From: Planctomycetota bacterium
GTDB taxonomy: Bacteria; Planctomycetota; Phycisphaerae; WQYP01
Length of the DNA stretch: 64,000 nucleotides
Assembly: GCA_021808485.1 (NCBI GenBank)
Contig: JAKBBN010000003.1
Span: forward strand, 3,341 to 67,340
Direction of reading: 5' to 3'
Positions 8,790 to 17,354 of this stretch are shown one piece after another. The position numbers and the translations under genes were made by a program. The notes beneath the pieces were generated by a model, which was not told the DNA's origin, did no database searches, and saw nothing but the letters and a program-made list of their open reading frames with translations. Position 1 is the stretch's first letter; the number at the start of each line of letters is the position of its first letter.

Positions 8790-10637
8790 ATGCTGCGTGA
8801 ACTTCACATATCCAATCTCGCGGTAATTGCCGACGCCAGGGTGGAATTAAGCCCCGGCCTAAATTGCTTTACCGGGCAGACCGGGGCCGGAAAGTCGCTG
8901 GTTCTGGGGGCGCTGGAATTGCTGCTGGCGCTGCGTTCGCCGCAGAACATGCTGCGCAGCGGCAGCCGGGAAGCCCGCGTTACCGGCGTTTTTTATCTGG
9001 CAAGTGAAAAATTGCGAAAAACGCTGGCGGACCTGACCGATCTTCCCCTCGCCGAGGAACCGGAACTTATTCTGTCCCGCCGCATTCACGACTCCGGACG
9101 CACGGGCGCTTCAGCGAACGGCCATCCGCTTAATGGCGCCATGCTCAAAAGCGTCGGTGAAACGCTGGCGGATATTCATGGCCAGCATGATGCGCAGTAT
9201 CTGCTCAAACCGGCCAATCAACTGGCCCTGCTGGATGATTTTTCCGGCGCCGCGGACCTTGGGGAACAGTTTCGCCGCATCCATGCGGAGCGCCGCGACT
9301 TAATAACACGATTGGATGAACTTGCCGCCGGCGAATCGCTGCGGAAGCAGCAACTGGAACTGTATGAATTCCAGGCCGCGGAAATTGATGAAGCCGCCTT
9401 TTCCGCGGGCGACCAGGAGCAGTTGGAAAGCCGGCACCATACGTTGTCCAACATGGAAAAAATAAAGCGGCAGGCAGGCGCGGCCTATGATGCGTTGTAT
9501 GACGAGGAGGGGGCGGCGGTAGGACGCTTGAAGGCGATATCCTCTCTACTGCTGGAATTGGCGAACCTTGCCCCGGATTTTTCAGCAATTGCCGAGCAGG
9601 TGCGTGAGGCCGCCGTAAGCCTGGATGATGCCGCATTTGCGCTTCGCCGCGGCATGGATAAGCTGGAATTGGATCCGGATGAACTTGCCCATGTGACCGA
9701 GCGGCTGAATTTGCTCAACCGTTTGATGAGCAAATACTCCGGCGCCGGCGGAAACATCGGGGATCTTCTGCAGTACCGGGCCGCCATCGGCGAAGATATC
9801 GCCCGGTTGCGTACGGCCGATCAGGATTCATCCCAAAGCCGCCGTCATGTGGCCGAACTGGAGGATCAGTTGGCGGTTGTCGGCAGCCGGCTTTCCGCAG
9901 CGCGGCAATCCGGGGCGGTAAAATTAACGTCGCTGGTGCAAAAGCATTTGGCTGAATTGGGCATGAAGGACGCCCGCCTGCAAGTTCAGTTTCAGCCGGC
10001 GGCCCGGGATGCCGCCCCGTCGCACGGTTCGGACGGGGTCGTGGATGTTTATCCGCTGCCTTCCGGATTGGAAACCGTTGACCTGCTGATTGCCCCGAAT
10101 CCCGGACAGGAGCCGCGGCCGCTTAGAAAAATCGCCAGCGGCGGTGAGCTTTCCCGGGTTATGCTGGCCATTAAATCCATCATGGCGCAGCCGGACCGCG
10201 TGAGCGTACTGGTGTTTGACGAAATTGACGCCAACGTCGGTGGACGGATGGGCACGGTGCTGGGCGAAAAACTTCGCGGGCTGGCGTGCCATCATCAGGT
10301 GCTTTGCATCACCCATTTACCACAGATCGCCGCCTTCGCTGACCGGCATATCCGCATTCAAAAGATTGTGGACAAAGGCGAAAGCTTCACCAGCGTGGAG
10401 CCATTGGAAGGTGAACCTCGCCTGCGCGAACTTGCGGAAATGATTTCCGGCAAGCAGATCACGGATACATCATTGGCGCAGGCCCGCGAATTGCTCGCGA
10501 CCGCCCAAAACTCCGGCGATTCCGGCCCTGCTTCATCGCCGGCCGGAGCGAAAGCCGGCCGCGGCGCCCCGGCCATTAAGCCAGGCGAGCCTCATCGCAA
10601 AACAGCCCGAACTTCCGGCGGCCGCGGATCAAAATAG
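8790..10637 (+). CDS. recN: DNA repair protein RecN
   Basis: MLRELHISNLAVIA start, Walker A GQTGAGKS, a long coiled-coil, the signature ASGGELSRVMLAIK and Walker B VLVFDEIDANVGG. There is a roughly 45-aa basic C-terminal tail. I prefer ATG 8790 over the listed 8766. Confidence 0.9.
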   Translation: MLRELHISNLAVIADARVELSPGLNCFTGQTGAGKSLVLGALELLLALRSPQNMLRSGSREARVTGVFYLASEKLRKTLADLTDLPLAEEPELILSRRIHDSGRTGASANGHPLNGAMLKSVGETLADIHGQHDAQYLLKPANQLALLDDFSGAADLGEQFRRIHAERRDLITRLDELAAGESLRKQQLELYEFQAAEIDEAAFSAGDQEQLESRHHTLSNMEKIKRQAGAAYDALYDEEGAAVGRLKAISSLLLELANLAPDFSAIAEQVREAAVSLDDAAFALRRGMDKLELDPDELAHVTERLNLLNRLMSKYSGAGGNIGDLLQYRAAIGEDIARLRTADQDSSQSRRHVAELEDQLAVVGSRLSAARQSGAVKLTSLVQKHLAELGMKDARLQVQFQPAARDAAPSHGSDGVVDVYPLPSGLETVDLLIAPNPGQEPRPLRKIASGGELSRVMLAIKSIMAQPDRVSVLVFDEIDANVGGRMGTVLGEKLRGLACHHQVLCITHLPQIAAFADRHIRIQKIVDKGESFTSVEPLEGEPRLRELAEMISGKQITDTSLAQARELLATAQNSGDSGPASSPAGAKAGRGAPAIKPGEPHRKTARTSGGRGSK

Positions 10638-10860
10638 CGATGCTCATTGACGGTGGTATCCGCATATGCGGGAAAGCGCCGTTTTGCCGCAATCATGTGC
10701 GTCTATGGCTCCAAATCCGCCGGCTGCGCCGGCGGGACATACCGGCGGGAAAGGCGAACCGCCGTGTAATTAGCGCCGCGCTAAATTTTCAGATCAGCGT
10801 TTGGTCAATCCGGCAACTGGCGGTAAAGTATTCTGCGAAACATGCGGCTTATGGCCGGTT

Positions 10861-10876
10861 GTTGCACCGGTGCAAC
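10861..10876. promoter_or_regulatory. Perfect 16-bp palindrome upstream of the DHS-like gene
   Basis: GTTGCACCGGTGCAAC is self-complementary and lies 30 nt upstream of ATG 10906. Confidence 0.25.
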
Positions 10877-10905
10877 GAAAAGCCGTGTTGAAAGGAAAGA
10901 ACCCC

Positions 10906-12039
10906 ATGGCAAAGATTAATCGTAAGGACCTGCTGAAGGAAACAATTGAGCATTTTGACATCACCTCGCAACCGGGAATTGTGCCGCTGGTGGAATCCAT
11001 GAAATCGATGGCTTTTTCCTCGCGTGATCTGTATCGTGCGGCGGACATCTTTGATCGCATGCTGCGGGACACGGAATGCGCCGTTATTTTGACACTGGCC
11101 GGATCGCTGATTTCCGCCGGACTGAAAAAAATAATTGTGGACATGTTGAAAAACAATATGGTGGATGCCATTGTTTCAACCGGCGCCAATATTGTGGATC
11201 AGGATTTTTTTGAGGCAATGGGGTTCCGGCATTACGTCGGCTCGCAATATGCCGACGACACGGTGCTGCGTGACCTGCATATTGACCGGATTTACGACAC
11301 TTATATTGATGAAGACGAACTTAGAGTTTGTGACGACACCTCCCGTCTGATTGCTGATTCGCTGCCGCCCGGCCCCTATTCCAGCCGCGAATTCATTCGC
11401 GAAATGGGCCGCTATCTGAGCCGGAACGCCAAGGATCGAAACAGTATTGTTCTGACGGCTTATGAAAAAGGCGTGCCGATTTTCTGCCCGGCATTCTCCG
11501 ACTGTTCCGCGGGATTCGGCCTGGTGGTGCATCAGTTGAACCGGCCGGACGCACATGTCAGCATTGATTCGGCCAAGGATTTCCGGGAAATCACGCAAAT
11601 CAAAATGATGAACCGGGAAACGGGTATCTTCATGATCGGCGGCGGCGTACCGAAGAATTTTACCCAGGATATCGTCGTGGCCGCGGAAATTCTGGGGGCG
11701 GACGCTCCCATGCACAAATATGCCGTTCAGATCACTGTGGCGGATGTGCGCGACGGGGCATTGTCCAGTTCCACACTGCGCGAAGCCAGCAGCTGGGGCA
11801 AGGTGGATACCCTGTTTGAACAGATGGTTTATTCCGAAGCCACGATTGCATTTCCGCTGATTGCGGGATACGCCTATCATAAAAAAGGGTGGAAAGGCCG
11901 CAAATCACGGGATTTTTCGGGTAAGCTGGATGCACTGAACCGCGGCGCGGGCATGGCGCAACCAAAAATTCAAAAGGTTCGGGCCGCCAGTGAAACAGGA
12001 AAGAACAAGACCGGCCGCCGCGGTAAAGTGACTGTTTAG
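10906..12039 (+). CDS. Deoxyhypusine synthase-like protein (bacterial DHS homologue)
   Basis: IGGGVPKNF and EASSWGK motifs are present. ATG 10906 is preceded by GAAAGGAAAG. The C-terminal tail is Lys/Arg-rich. Confidence 0.85.
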   Translation: MAKINRKDLLKETIEHFDITSQPGIVPLVESMKSMAFSSRDLYRAADIFDRMLRDTECAVILTLAGSLISAGLKKIIVDMLKNNMVDAIVSTGANIVDQDFFEAMGFRHYVGSQYADDTVLRDLHIDRIYDTYIDEDELRVCDDTSRLIADSLPPGPYSSREFIREMGRYLSRNAKDRNSIVLTAYEKGVPIFCPAFSDCSAGFGLVVHQLNRPDAHVSIDSAKDFREITQIKMMNRETGIFMIGGGVPKNFTQDIVVAAEILGADAPMHKYAVQITVADVRDGALSSSTLREASSWGKVDTLFEQMVYSEATIAFPLIAGYAYHKKGWKGRKSRDFSGKLDALNRGAGMAQPKIQKVRAASETGKNKTGRRGKVTV

Positions 12040-12116
12040 GCGGTTTGCGGCGCATCACGCCGATCAGGCGAAATGCCGGCCGGGCACAAACCGTACAATT
12101 TTACCGGGATGTGCGT

Positions 12117-13802
12117 ATGAAATATTTTATTTCAGGCATGTTTACCCGGTTAAGAATTGATCCGCCCGGCAAATACGGGACTCGGCAATGCGGCAGTCGG
12201 CTTTCCCGCCGCTCCGCCGGCCTGCGGATATGCCTGCTGTTGCCGGCTGCGGTTATTCCGGCTATCCATGAAATGCCGGCTTACGCCCATACGGCCGGCA
12301 GTGCGCCCGGTCCGGCAATCACCACTGTTTCCAGTCCGCCGGATTCCTCCCCTGCGGTCAACTACCTTGCGATGATCAACCGAATGGCCCGAACCGGTGT
12401 GAATCCTAAGCTCAATGCCGCGCGCACGCTTATTCCGATTTGGTGGCGGGCCATGGGAATGGAAAAACTGGTGCGGCAGTTCAAAAACGGTAGGAACCGC
12501 TATACGCTGGTTCCAAATACCGTTTTGCAAAAGATGCTAAGCAGGGAATTGGGACTGCCAGCCGGCGCGCCGCCCGGCCCAAAATTTTTACCGCTTTATG
12601 ACACGCTGATGTGCGATCAAATTCCAGCAAACACCGCCCTGGGCAATGCCGCGGCAGCCGCGCTTACCGGCAAACGAAACTATTATTTGAGGGAATCTTT
12701 TACGGCGGAGTCACATCCCTGGTCCGCCCACCGGCGGCCATGGTTGGCACAGTGGCTGCGGATGAATCGCGCCGCGCTGAACGCCGCGGAACATGCAATA
12801 ACACTGCCGCGGTTTTATACCCCAATTCTGCCGCGCGACAAGTTGGGCCTGTTGAGCGGAGTGATGCCGCAACTGACCGGCGCCGTCAACATGGCCGGCG
12901 CCATGGCGGTCCGCGCGATGCTGCGGCTGCACGAAGGCAACCTTTCCGGCTGTACGCATGACCTGTTGAGCATCCATCGCCTGGCGAGATTGATCGCGCA
13001 GGAACCGATGTTGAACAGCGAAATTGCCGCCTTTCATATTGAACACACCGCACTTCGCGGTGACCGCGCACTGGCGCGAACCGGGTGGATTCCATATCCG
13101 CGGATACAGGCTTTTCGCCGGCAATTGGGAGCGTTGCCTCCCATCCCGGGGATGGAGCGGAGCATCTGCATCGGCCAGCGATATAAGACGCTGGATGTGC
13201 TCCAACGTCTCGCGAATCCGGTGGTGCGAAAAGCACTGGACACCGGCGCTTACCAAATTATTTCGCCGGCGGCGCCCTGGACGGAGGCGAACTCCAAATT
13301 AGCCATGCGCCTGACCAATGTTATTTTTGATCGCCTTAAGAACGCGGTATTTTCCGTTCACTGCCTGCGATGCAGGCAACGCGCCCTTGAAAATATTTGG
13401 CCGGGAATGCGGACGTTGATTCTGCAATCCGGGCGCCGCGGCCGCGTGGTGCTGCGATTAAATATAGGGGTCGGCAGCCTGTTCAAGCTGGCGGCATCGA
13501 CCGTAGCCCAATTCCGCATGGCGCAAATAGCGCTGGCCCTGGCGGCGTACCGCGCAAAACATGCCTGGTATCCGGACAGCCTGCGGGCCTTGCGGCCGGG
13601 ATACTTTCGCATGCTGCCGCGTGATCCTTATACCGGGAAAACGTTTACCTATGCCGTAACCGCCCGGGGATGTGCATTGTTTTCGCCGGGGCAATTCCCC
13701 CTCGCAATTGCGGCCAATCAATATCAGCGCAAACAACCCGGACTGAAGGTTACGCTGCGATTGCGGCCCGGCATATTTCATTCTCCGGCCCGATATCGCT
13801 GA
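12117..13802 (+). CDS. Hypothetical secreted protein with a GspG-like C-terminal segment
   Basis: 561 aa from ATG 12117. It has a signal-like LRICLLLPAAVIPAIHEMPAYA segment and a mostly helical body. The C-terminus LALAAYRAKHAWYPDSLRAL..LPRDPYTGKTFTY resembles the T2SS pseudopilin globular core. Confidence 0.6.
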   Translation: MKYFISGMFTRLRIDPPGKYGTRQCGSRLSRRSAGLRICLLLPAAVIPAIHEMPAYAHTAGSAPGPAITTVSSPPDSSPAVNYLAMINRMARTGVNPKLNAARTLIPIWWRAMGMEKLVRQFKNGRNRYTLVPNTVLQKMLSRELGLPAGAPPGPKFLPLYDTLMCDQIPANTALGNAAAAALTGKRNYYLRESFTAESHPWSAHRRPWLAQWLRMNRAALNAAEHAITLPRFYTPILPRDKLGLLSGVMPQLTGAVNMAGAMAVRAMLRLHEGNLSGCTHDLLSIHRLARLIAQEPMLNSEIAAFHIEHTALRGDRALARTGWIPYPRIQAFRRQLGALPPIPGMERSICIGQRYKTLDVLQRLANPVVRKALDTGAYQIISPAAPWTEANSKLAMRLTNVIFDRLKNAVFSVHCLRCRQRALENIWPGMRTLILQSGRRGRVVLRLNIGVGSLFKLAASTVAQFRMAQIALALAAYRAKHAWYPDSLRALRPGYFRMLPRDPYTGKTFTYAVTARGCALFSPGQFPLAIAANQYQRKQPGLKVTLRLRPGIFHSPARYR

Positions 13803-13848
13803 CCGACCGCGGATGATCCGCTCCGGGATGCGGCAAAATGGGTGATGG

Positions 13849-14868
13849 TCAGGCGGATTGCCGCAGCGCCCGAGGGCCGGCAGTTGAACTTCCGACCGAT
13901 TCCAATTCCGCTTTTTTAATCGCGTGAAGCCGTATTGCGGTCAGGTAATCGGTCAGTTTATGGCCGGCCCATGCGATACCCGCGGGGAAGTATGCATTGT
14001 GCGGGCCGGATTGCCGCCGCTCCGATTTGAGGGAAGAACTCCCCGTGTGCCCCGCTCCATTCCAGGCTGCGGATTTTTTCAACGGTTCAAAAATCTGATG
14101 CAGATGATCGCCTAAATCGTAGATATCCATTTGAACATTGCTCAGGCCGGCCTTCTGCAGTAGTTTTTCATAACTTCCCGGCTCAATCGCCCCGGAGAGT
14201 CCGAAACTGTGGGCGGTCAGGCTGTCGGCAAGTTCCGGCGGCAGCAGGCGCTTTATTGCCACATCGTGCAGAACCATGTGCCCCCCCGGCCGCAGGACGC
14301 GGCGTATTTCGCGCAGGACCGCCATACGGCTCCCCGCCATGCATACAGGCGCCCGGCTAATAACCCAATCGCAGGTACCGGATGGCAACGGTATTGAATC
14401 AATCCGGCAAAGATGAAATTCAATGTTGACCGCATCGCAATCCGCCAATTGCCGCCGGGCGGACGCGATTGCTGCCGCGCTGGAATCAATGGCCACCAAT
14501 TTGCCGGTTGGTCCCAACCGCCGCAGCGTTTCCATGCAACCGGCGAAATCGACACAGCCGATCTCCACGATTACCTGCCCCGGAAGCGGTGCGGGAGGCG
14601 AAATTGCTGCGGATTCGAAGCGAATTGTTACAGGACCGCCGGTCGCGGCCGATTTGGAATCCCGCGGCCCCTGCCGGGATCGGCGGCGCATTGCCAGTCG
14701 CACCCGCAACGAAGACAGGAACCCGGCGGGCCTTTTCCGGCGGCGTTTCACCGGGCGGGCGATCGGTGGGGCGCCTTCCTTGGCCGCCGGGGAGCGGTTT
14801 TGCGAGATCATAGACAGCCCCCGCCGGGCCAAACGGCGAATGCCGGCTCGCGGAACCGGGCGTGGCAT
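13849..14868 (-). CDS. Class I SAM-methyltransferase-fold protein, ArsM-like but degenerate
   Basis: The block VAIDSSAAAIASARRQL...NIEFHLCRIDSIPLPSGTCDWVIS...REIRRVLRPGGHMVLHDV matches the ArsM/UbiE layout. Motif I reads VEIGCVDFAG. The Arg-rich N-terminal ~95 aa makes the start uncertain. Confidence 0.7.
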   Translation of the reverse strand: MPRPVPRAGIRRLARRGLSMISQNRSPAAKEGAPPIARPVKRRRKRPAGFLSSLRVRLAMRRRSRQGPRDSKSAATGGPVTIRFESAAISPPAPLPGQVIVEIGCVDFAGCMETLRRLGPTGKLVAIDSSAAAIASARRQLADCDAVNIEFHLCRIDSIPLPSGTCDWVISRAPVCMAGSRMAVLREIRRVLRPGGHMVLHDVAIKRLLPPELADSLTAHSFGLSGAIEPGSYEKLLQKAGLSNVQMDIYDLGDHLHQIFEPLKKSAAWNGAGHTGSSSLKSERRQSGPHNAYFPAGIAWAGHKLTDYLTAIRLHAIKKAELESVGSSTAGPRALRQSA

Positions 14869-15207
14869 AACCGGGCATAGTCGTGACGCATTGAATCACG
14901 GCAATCACTGATGCCTTGAACGATGGCGTCTCCACGATGACGGAGACTGAATTGCGGTTTCACTTCGGTGCAGGGCAAAGGCTCGATTCTCCAACAATGA
15001 TCGGTACTAAACCAATCTGGAAACAAGACCTCCCGCGTATTATCGGCAGTAACCGCTGGAATCCTTTAATCTGGTTCGGATGGTCGGCACAATTATCCCA
15101 TCGGGCAGCCTTGGATCGCCCGGCCGGAAATGGCGCAGGGCATCACACTCCGATATTATTTAAAGGCACAAACAGCCTTTGTCTGTTTCCAAGGCTGAAT
15201 GATTCTG

Positions 15208-15213
15208 TATAAT
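15208..15213 (+). promoter_or_regulatory. Candidate -10 box for the sulfotransferase gene
   Basis: Canonical TATAAT in an AT-rich spacer, 52 nt upstream of ATG 15266. Confidence 0.25.
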
Positions 15214-15265
15214 CTGGCCGATAGCCGTTTGGTCCGGTCGTTCTTCTAATGGAAAGGCTTTCTGA

Positions 15266-16093
15266 ATGCTTGACAAGAAAATTTACTTTAACGCATCATT
15301 GCCGCGTTCCGGCTCAACCCTGATGCAGAATATTTTGGCGCAAAACCCGCGTTTTTACTGCACGCCCACCAGTGCGGTAATTGATCTTATGCTGGCCAGC
15401 CGTAAATACTATACGGAGCTTGCGGAATTCAAGGCTCAGGATGCCGATTTAATGCAAAAAGGCTTTTTGAGTTTCTGCAAATATGGATTTCTTGGGTTTT
15501 ATGACGGCGTTACTGATAAACCTGTATGTATCGATAAGTGCCGCAGCTGGTTCCATTATTATGATTGGGTAAAGCGGTTTTACCCGGATCCGAAATTTGT
15601 GGTATGCATCCGGGATTTACGGGGCATTCTTGCGTCAATGGAAAAGCTTTTCCGCAAGAATCGTGATCGCTCCGACCCTGAAGAGGTCACCGGCACTCTG
15701 AACATGATCACCGTTAACAATCGTGTCATGCGATGGCTTAACGGGCCCCCGGTCGGCATCGCCATCGGCCGTCTGATTGAGGCGATTCAAACCGGCGTGG
15801 TCAGGCAGTTGCATATCGTCCGGTTTGAAGACCTTACCGCCAATCCGCGTGAAACGATGAAAAAGGTATACGATTACCTCGGCGAACCGTGGTTTGAGCA
15901 TAATTTTGACCATGTGGAACAGTCCACGCAGGAAAATGATCAGTTGCATACCATCTACGGCGATCACCGGATACGCCAAAAGGTAGAGCCCCTGACGCCG
16001 GATTTTCAGGATATTCTTGGCAGGGACCTCAGTGCGATGATCCGTAATAATTACGCCCTATTCTATAACACTTTTTATCCGGAGAAAAAATAA
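15266..16093 (+). CDS. Sulfotransferase family protein
   Basis: N-terminal PAPS-binding loop LPRSGSTL, 275 aa, SD-like GGAAAGG upstream. GC is clearly lower than in the flanking genes. Confidence 0.85.
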   Translation: MLDKKIYFNASLPRSGSTLMQNILAQNPRFYCTPTSAVIDLMLASRKYYTELAEFKAQDADLMQKGFLSFCKYGFLGFYDGVTDKPVCIDKCRSWFHYYDWVKRFYPDPKFVVCIRDLRGILASMEKLFRKNRDRSDPEEVTGTLNMITVNNRVMRWLNGPPVGIAIGRLIEAIQTGVVRQLHIVRFEDLTANPRETMKKVYDYLGEPWFEHNFDHVEQSTQENDQLHTIYGDHRIRQKVEPLTPDFQDILGRDLSAMIRNNYALFYNTFYPEKK

Positions 16094-16235
16094 TCACGCA
16101 AAGCGCACGGTCTTATCCACATTTCCTCCGGCAAATGCGGCGTCAGTTGCGCCGGGCAGGCTATAATAAGCTTTTCCGCACCGGCTTTGCGGCACGGCAC
16201 GGAAGGGATAATGCGGATAGACACTGGATGTCCTG

Positions 16236-17354
16236 ATGACAACACAATCCATAATTTCCAAATCACCGTCTGTTTCAGAATCGCTGATACGGCAGGCCGC
16301 AGAGCATTTGCAGCAGGGCCAGCTGGTGTGCCTGCCCACGGAAACGGTGTATGCGGTGGCCGCGCTTCTTTCCCGACCGCCGGCCGTTTCCCAGCTCAAG
16401 CAAATAAAGAAAATCAGCGGGCCGCCGAATTGGGTCATCCATTTGCCCGATATTGCATCATTGAAAAAAATCGTCGCCCACCCGCCGGGAATGGCCCTGC
16501 GCGTCATGAAAAAACTGTGGCCCGGCCCCCTGGCGATTGAGGTTCCCGTTTCCGACGCGGACAGTCGGAAGCTTGCGGCCATGATTGGTCCGCAGACCGC
16601 GGCCGAATGTATTGCGAATGGCTTTATCACCTTTCGCTGCCCGCACAGCACCGCGTCACTGCTCGTGCTGAACGCCCTTGGCGAACCGGCCGTGATGATT
16701 GGGGCGGGCGATACGAGTGCGGTACATGAGGCCGCCGATATTCCGGAAGCGATTCGCAATGCGTCCGCGATGGTGCTCGACACCGGCCCGACGCGTTATC
16801 GCAAACCATCCACGCTGATCCGCATTCAGGGTGATCAGCTCACATTTTTGCGCGAGGGCATTTTGGCCCGAAGGATTATTGAGCGTATGACGGACCATGT
16901 CATACTGTTTATCTGCAGCGGAAACACGTGCCGGTCGCCGATGGCCGCGGGAATTGCGGCTTTGCGCATCGGCGGGAAATTGGGTATTCCCGTCAATGAA
17001 CTTCCACTCCGCCGGATTGTGGTGGATTCCGCGGGGCTTTATGCGAATACCGGATCGCCGCCCGCCCCGGAAGCGGTGCAGGCGGCGGCGGACCTTGGGG
17101 CGGATATTTCCCGCCACCGCTCGCACACTGTCACGGTGGACATGCTCCGCCGGGCGGATCTTATTTTCACCATGACCAGCGGCCACCGGACCGATGTGAT
17201 CAGTCTGCTGCCGGAGGCGGCGGTGAAGACGTTCAACCTTGATCCTGATGCCGATATTGCCGATCCCATCGGGGCCGGTCAGAAACAATACAATGCGGTG
17301 GCTCGCCGCATGAACGAACTGATAAAGGGCCGTCTGGCGGAGATAATGTCATGA
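16236..17354 (+). CDS. Fusion protein: YrdC/Sua5-fold domain (degenerate KxR/SxN signature) plus low-molecular-weight protein phosphatase domain
   Basis: The N-terminal part has PTETVYAV, LWPGPLAIEV, FRCPHS and STLIRI..LREG. The C-terminal part has the CX5R P-loop CSGNTCRS, DSAG and the IADPIG DP motif. Confidence 0.85.
   Translation: MTTQSIISKSPSVSESLIRQAAEHLQQGQLVCLPTETVYAVAALLSRPPAVSQLKQIKKISGPPNWVIHLPDIASLKKIVAHPPGMALRVMKKLWPGPLAIEVPVSDADSRKLAAMIGPQTAAECIANGFITFRCPHSTASLLVLNALGEPAVMIGAGDTSAVHEAADIPEAIRNASAMVLDTGPTRYRKPSTLIRIQGDQLTFLREGILARRIIERMTDHVILFICSGNTCRSPMAAGIAALRIGGKLGIPVNELPLRRIVVDSAGLYANTGSPPAPEAVQAAADLGADISRHRSHTVTVDMLRRADLIFTMTSGHRTDVISLLPEAAVKTFNLDPDADIADPIGAGQKQYNAVARRMNELIKGRLAEIMS

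Noticed and set aside
14916-15212. A 98-codon ORF upstream of the sulfotransferase, considered as a possible modified-peptide precursor.
   Set aside because: It has no SD, a non-ATG first codon, no Tyr for sulfation and mixed codon usage. The canonical TATAAT for the sulfotransferase lies inside it, so it is more likely plain promoter DNA.
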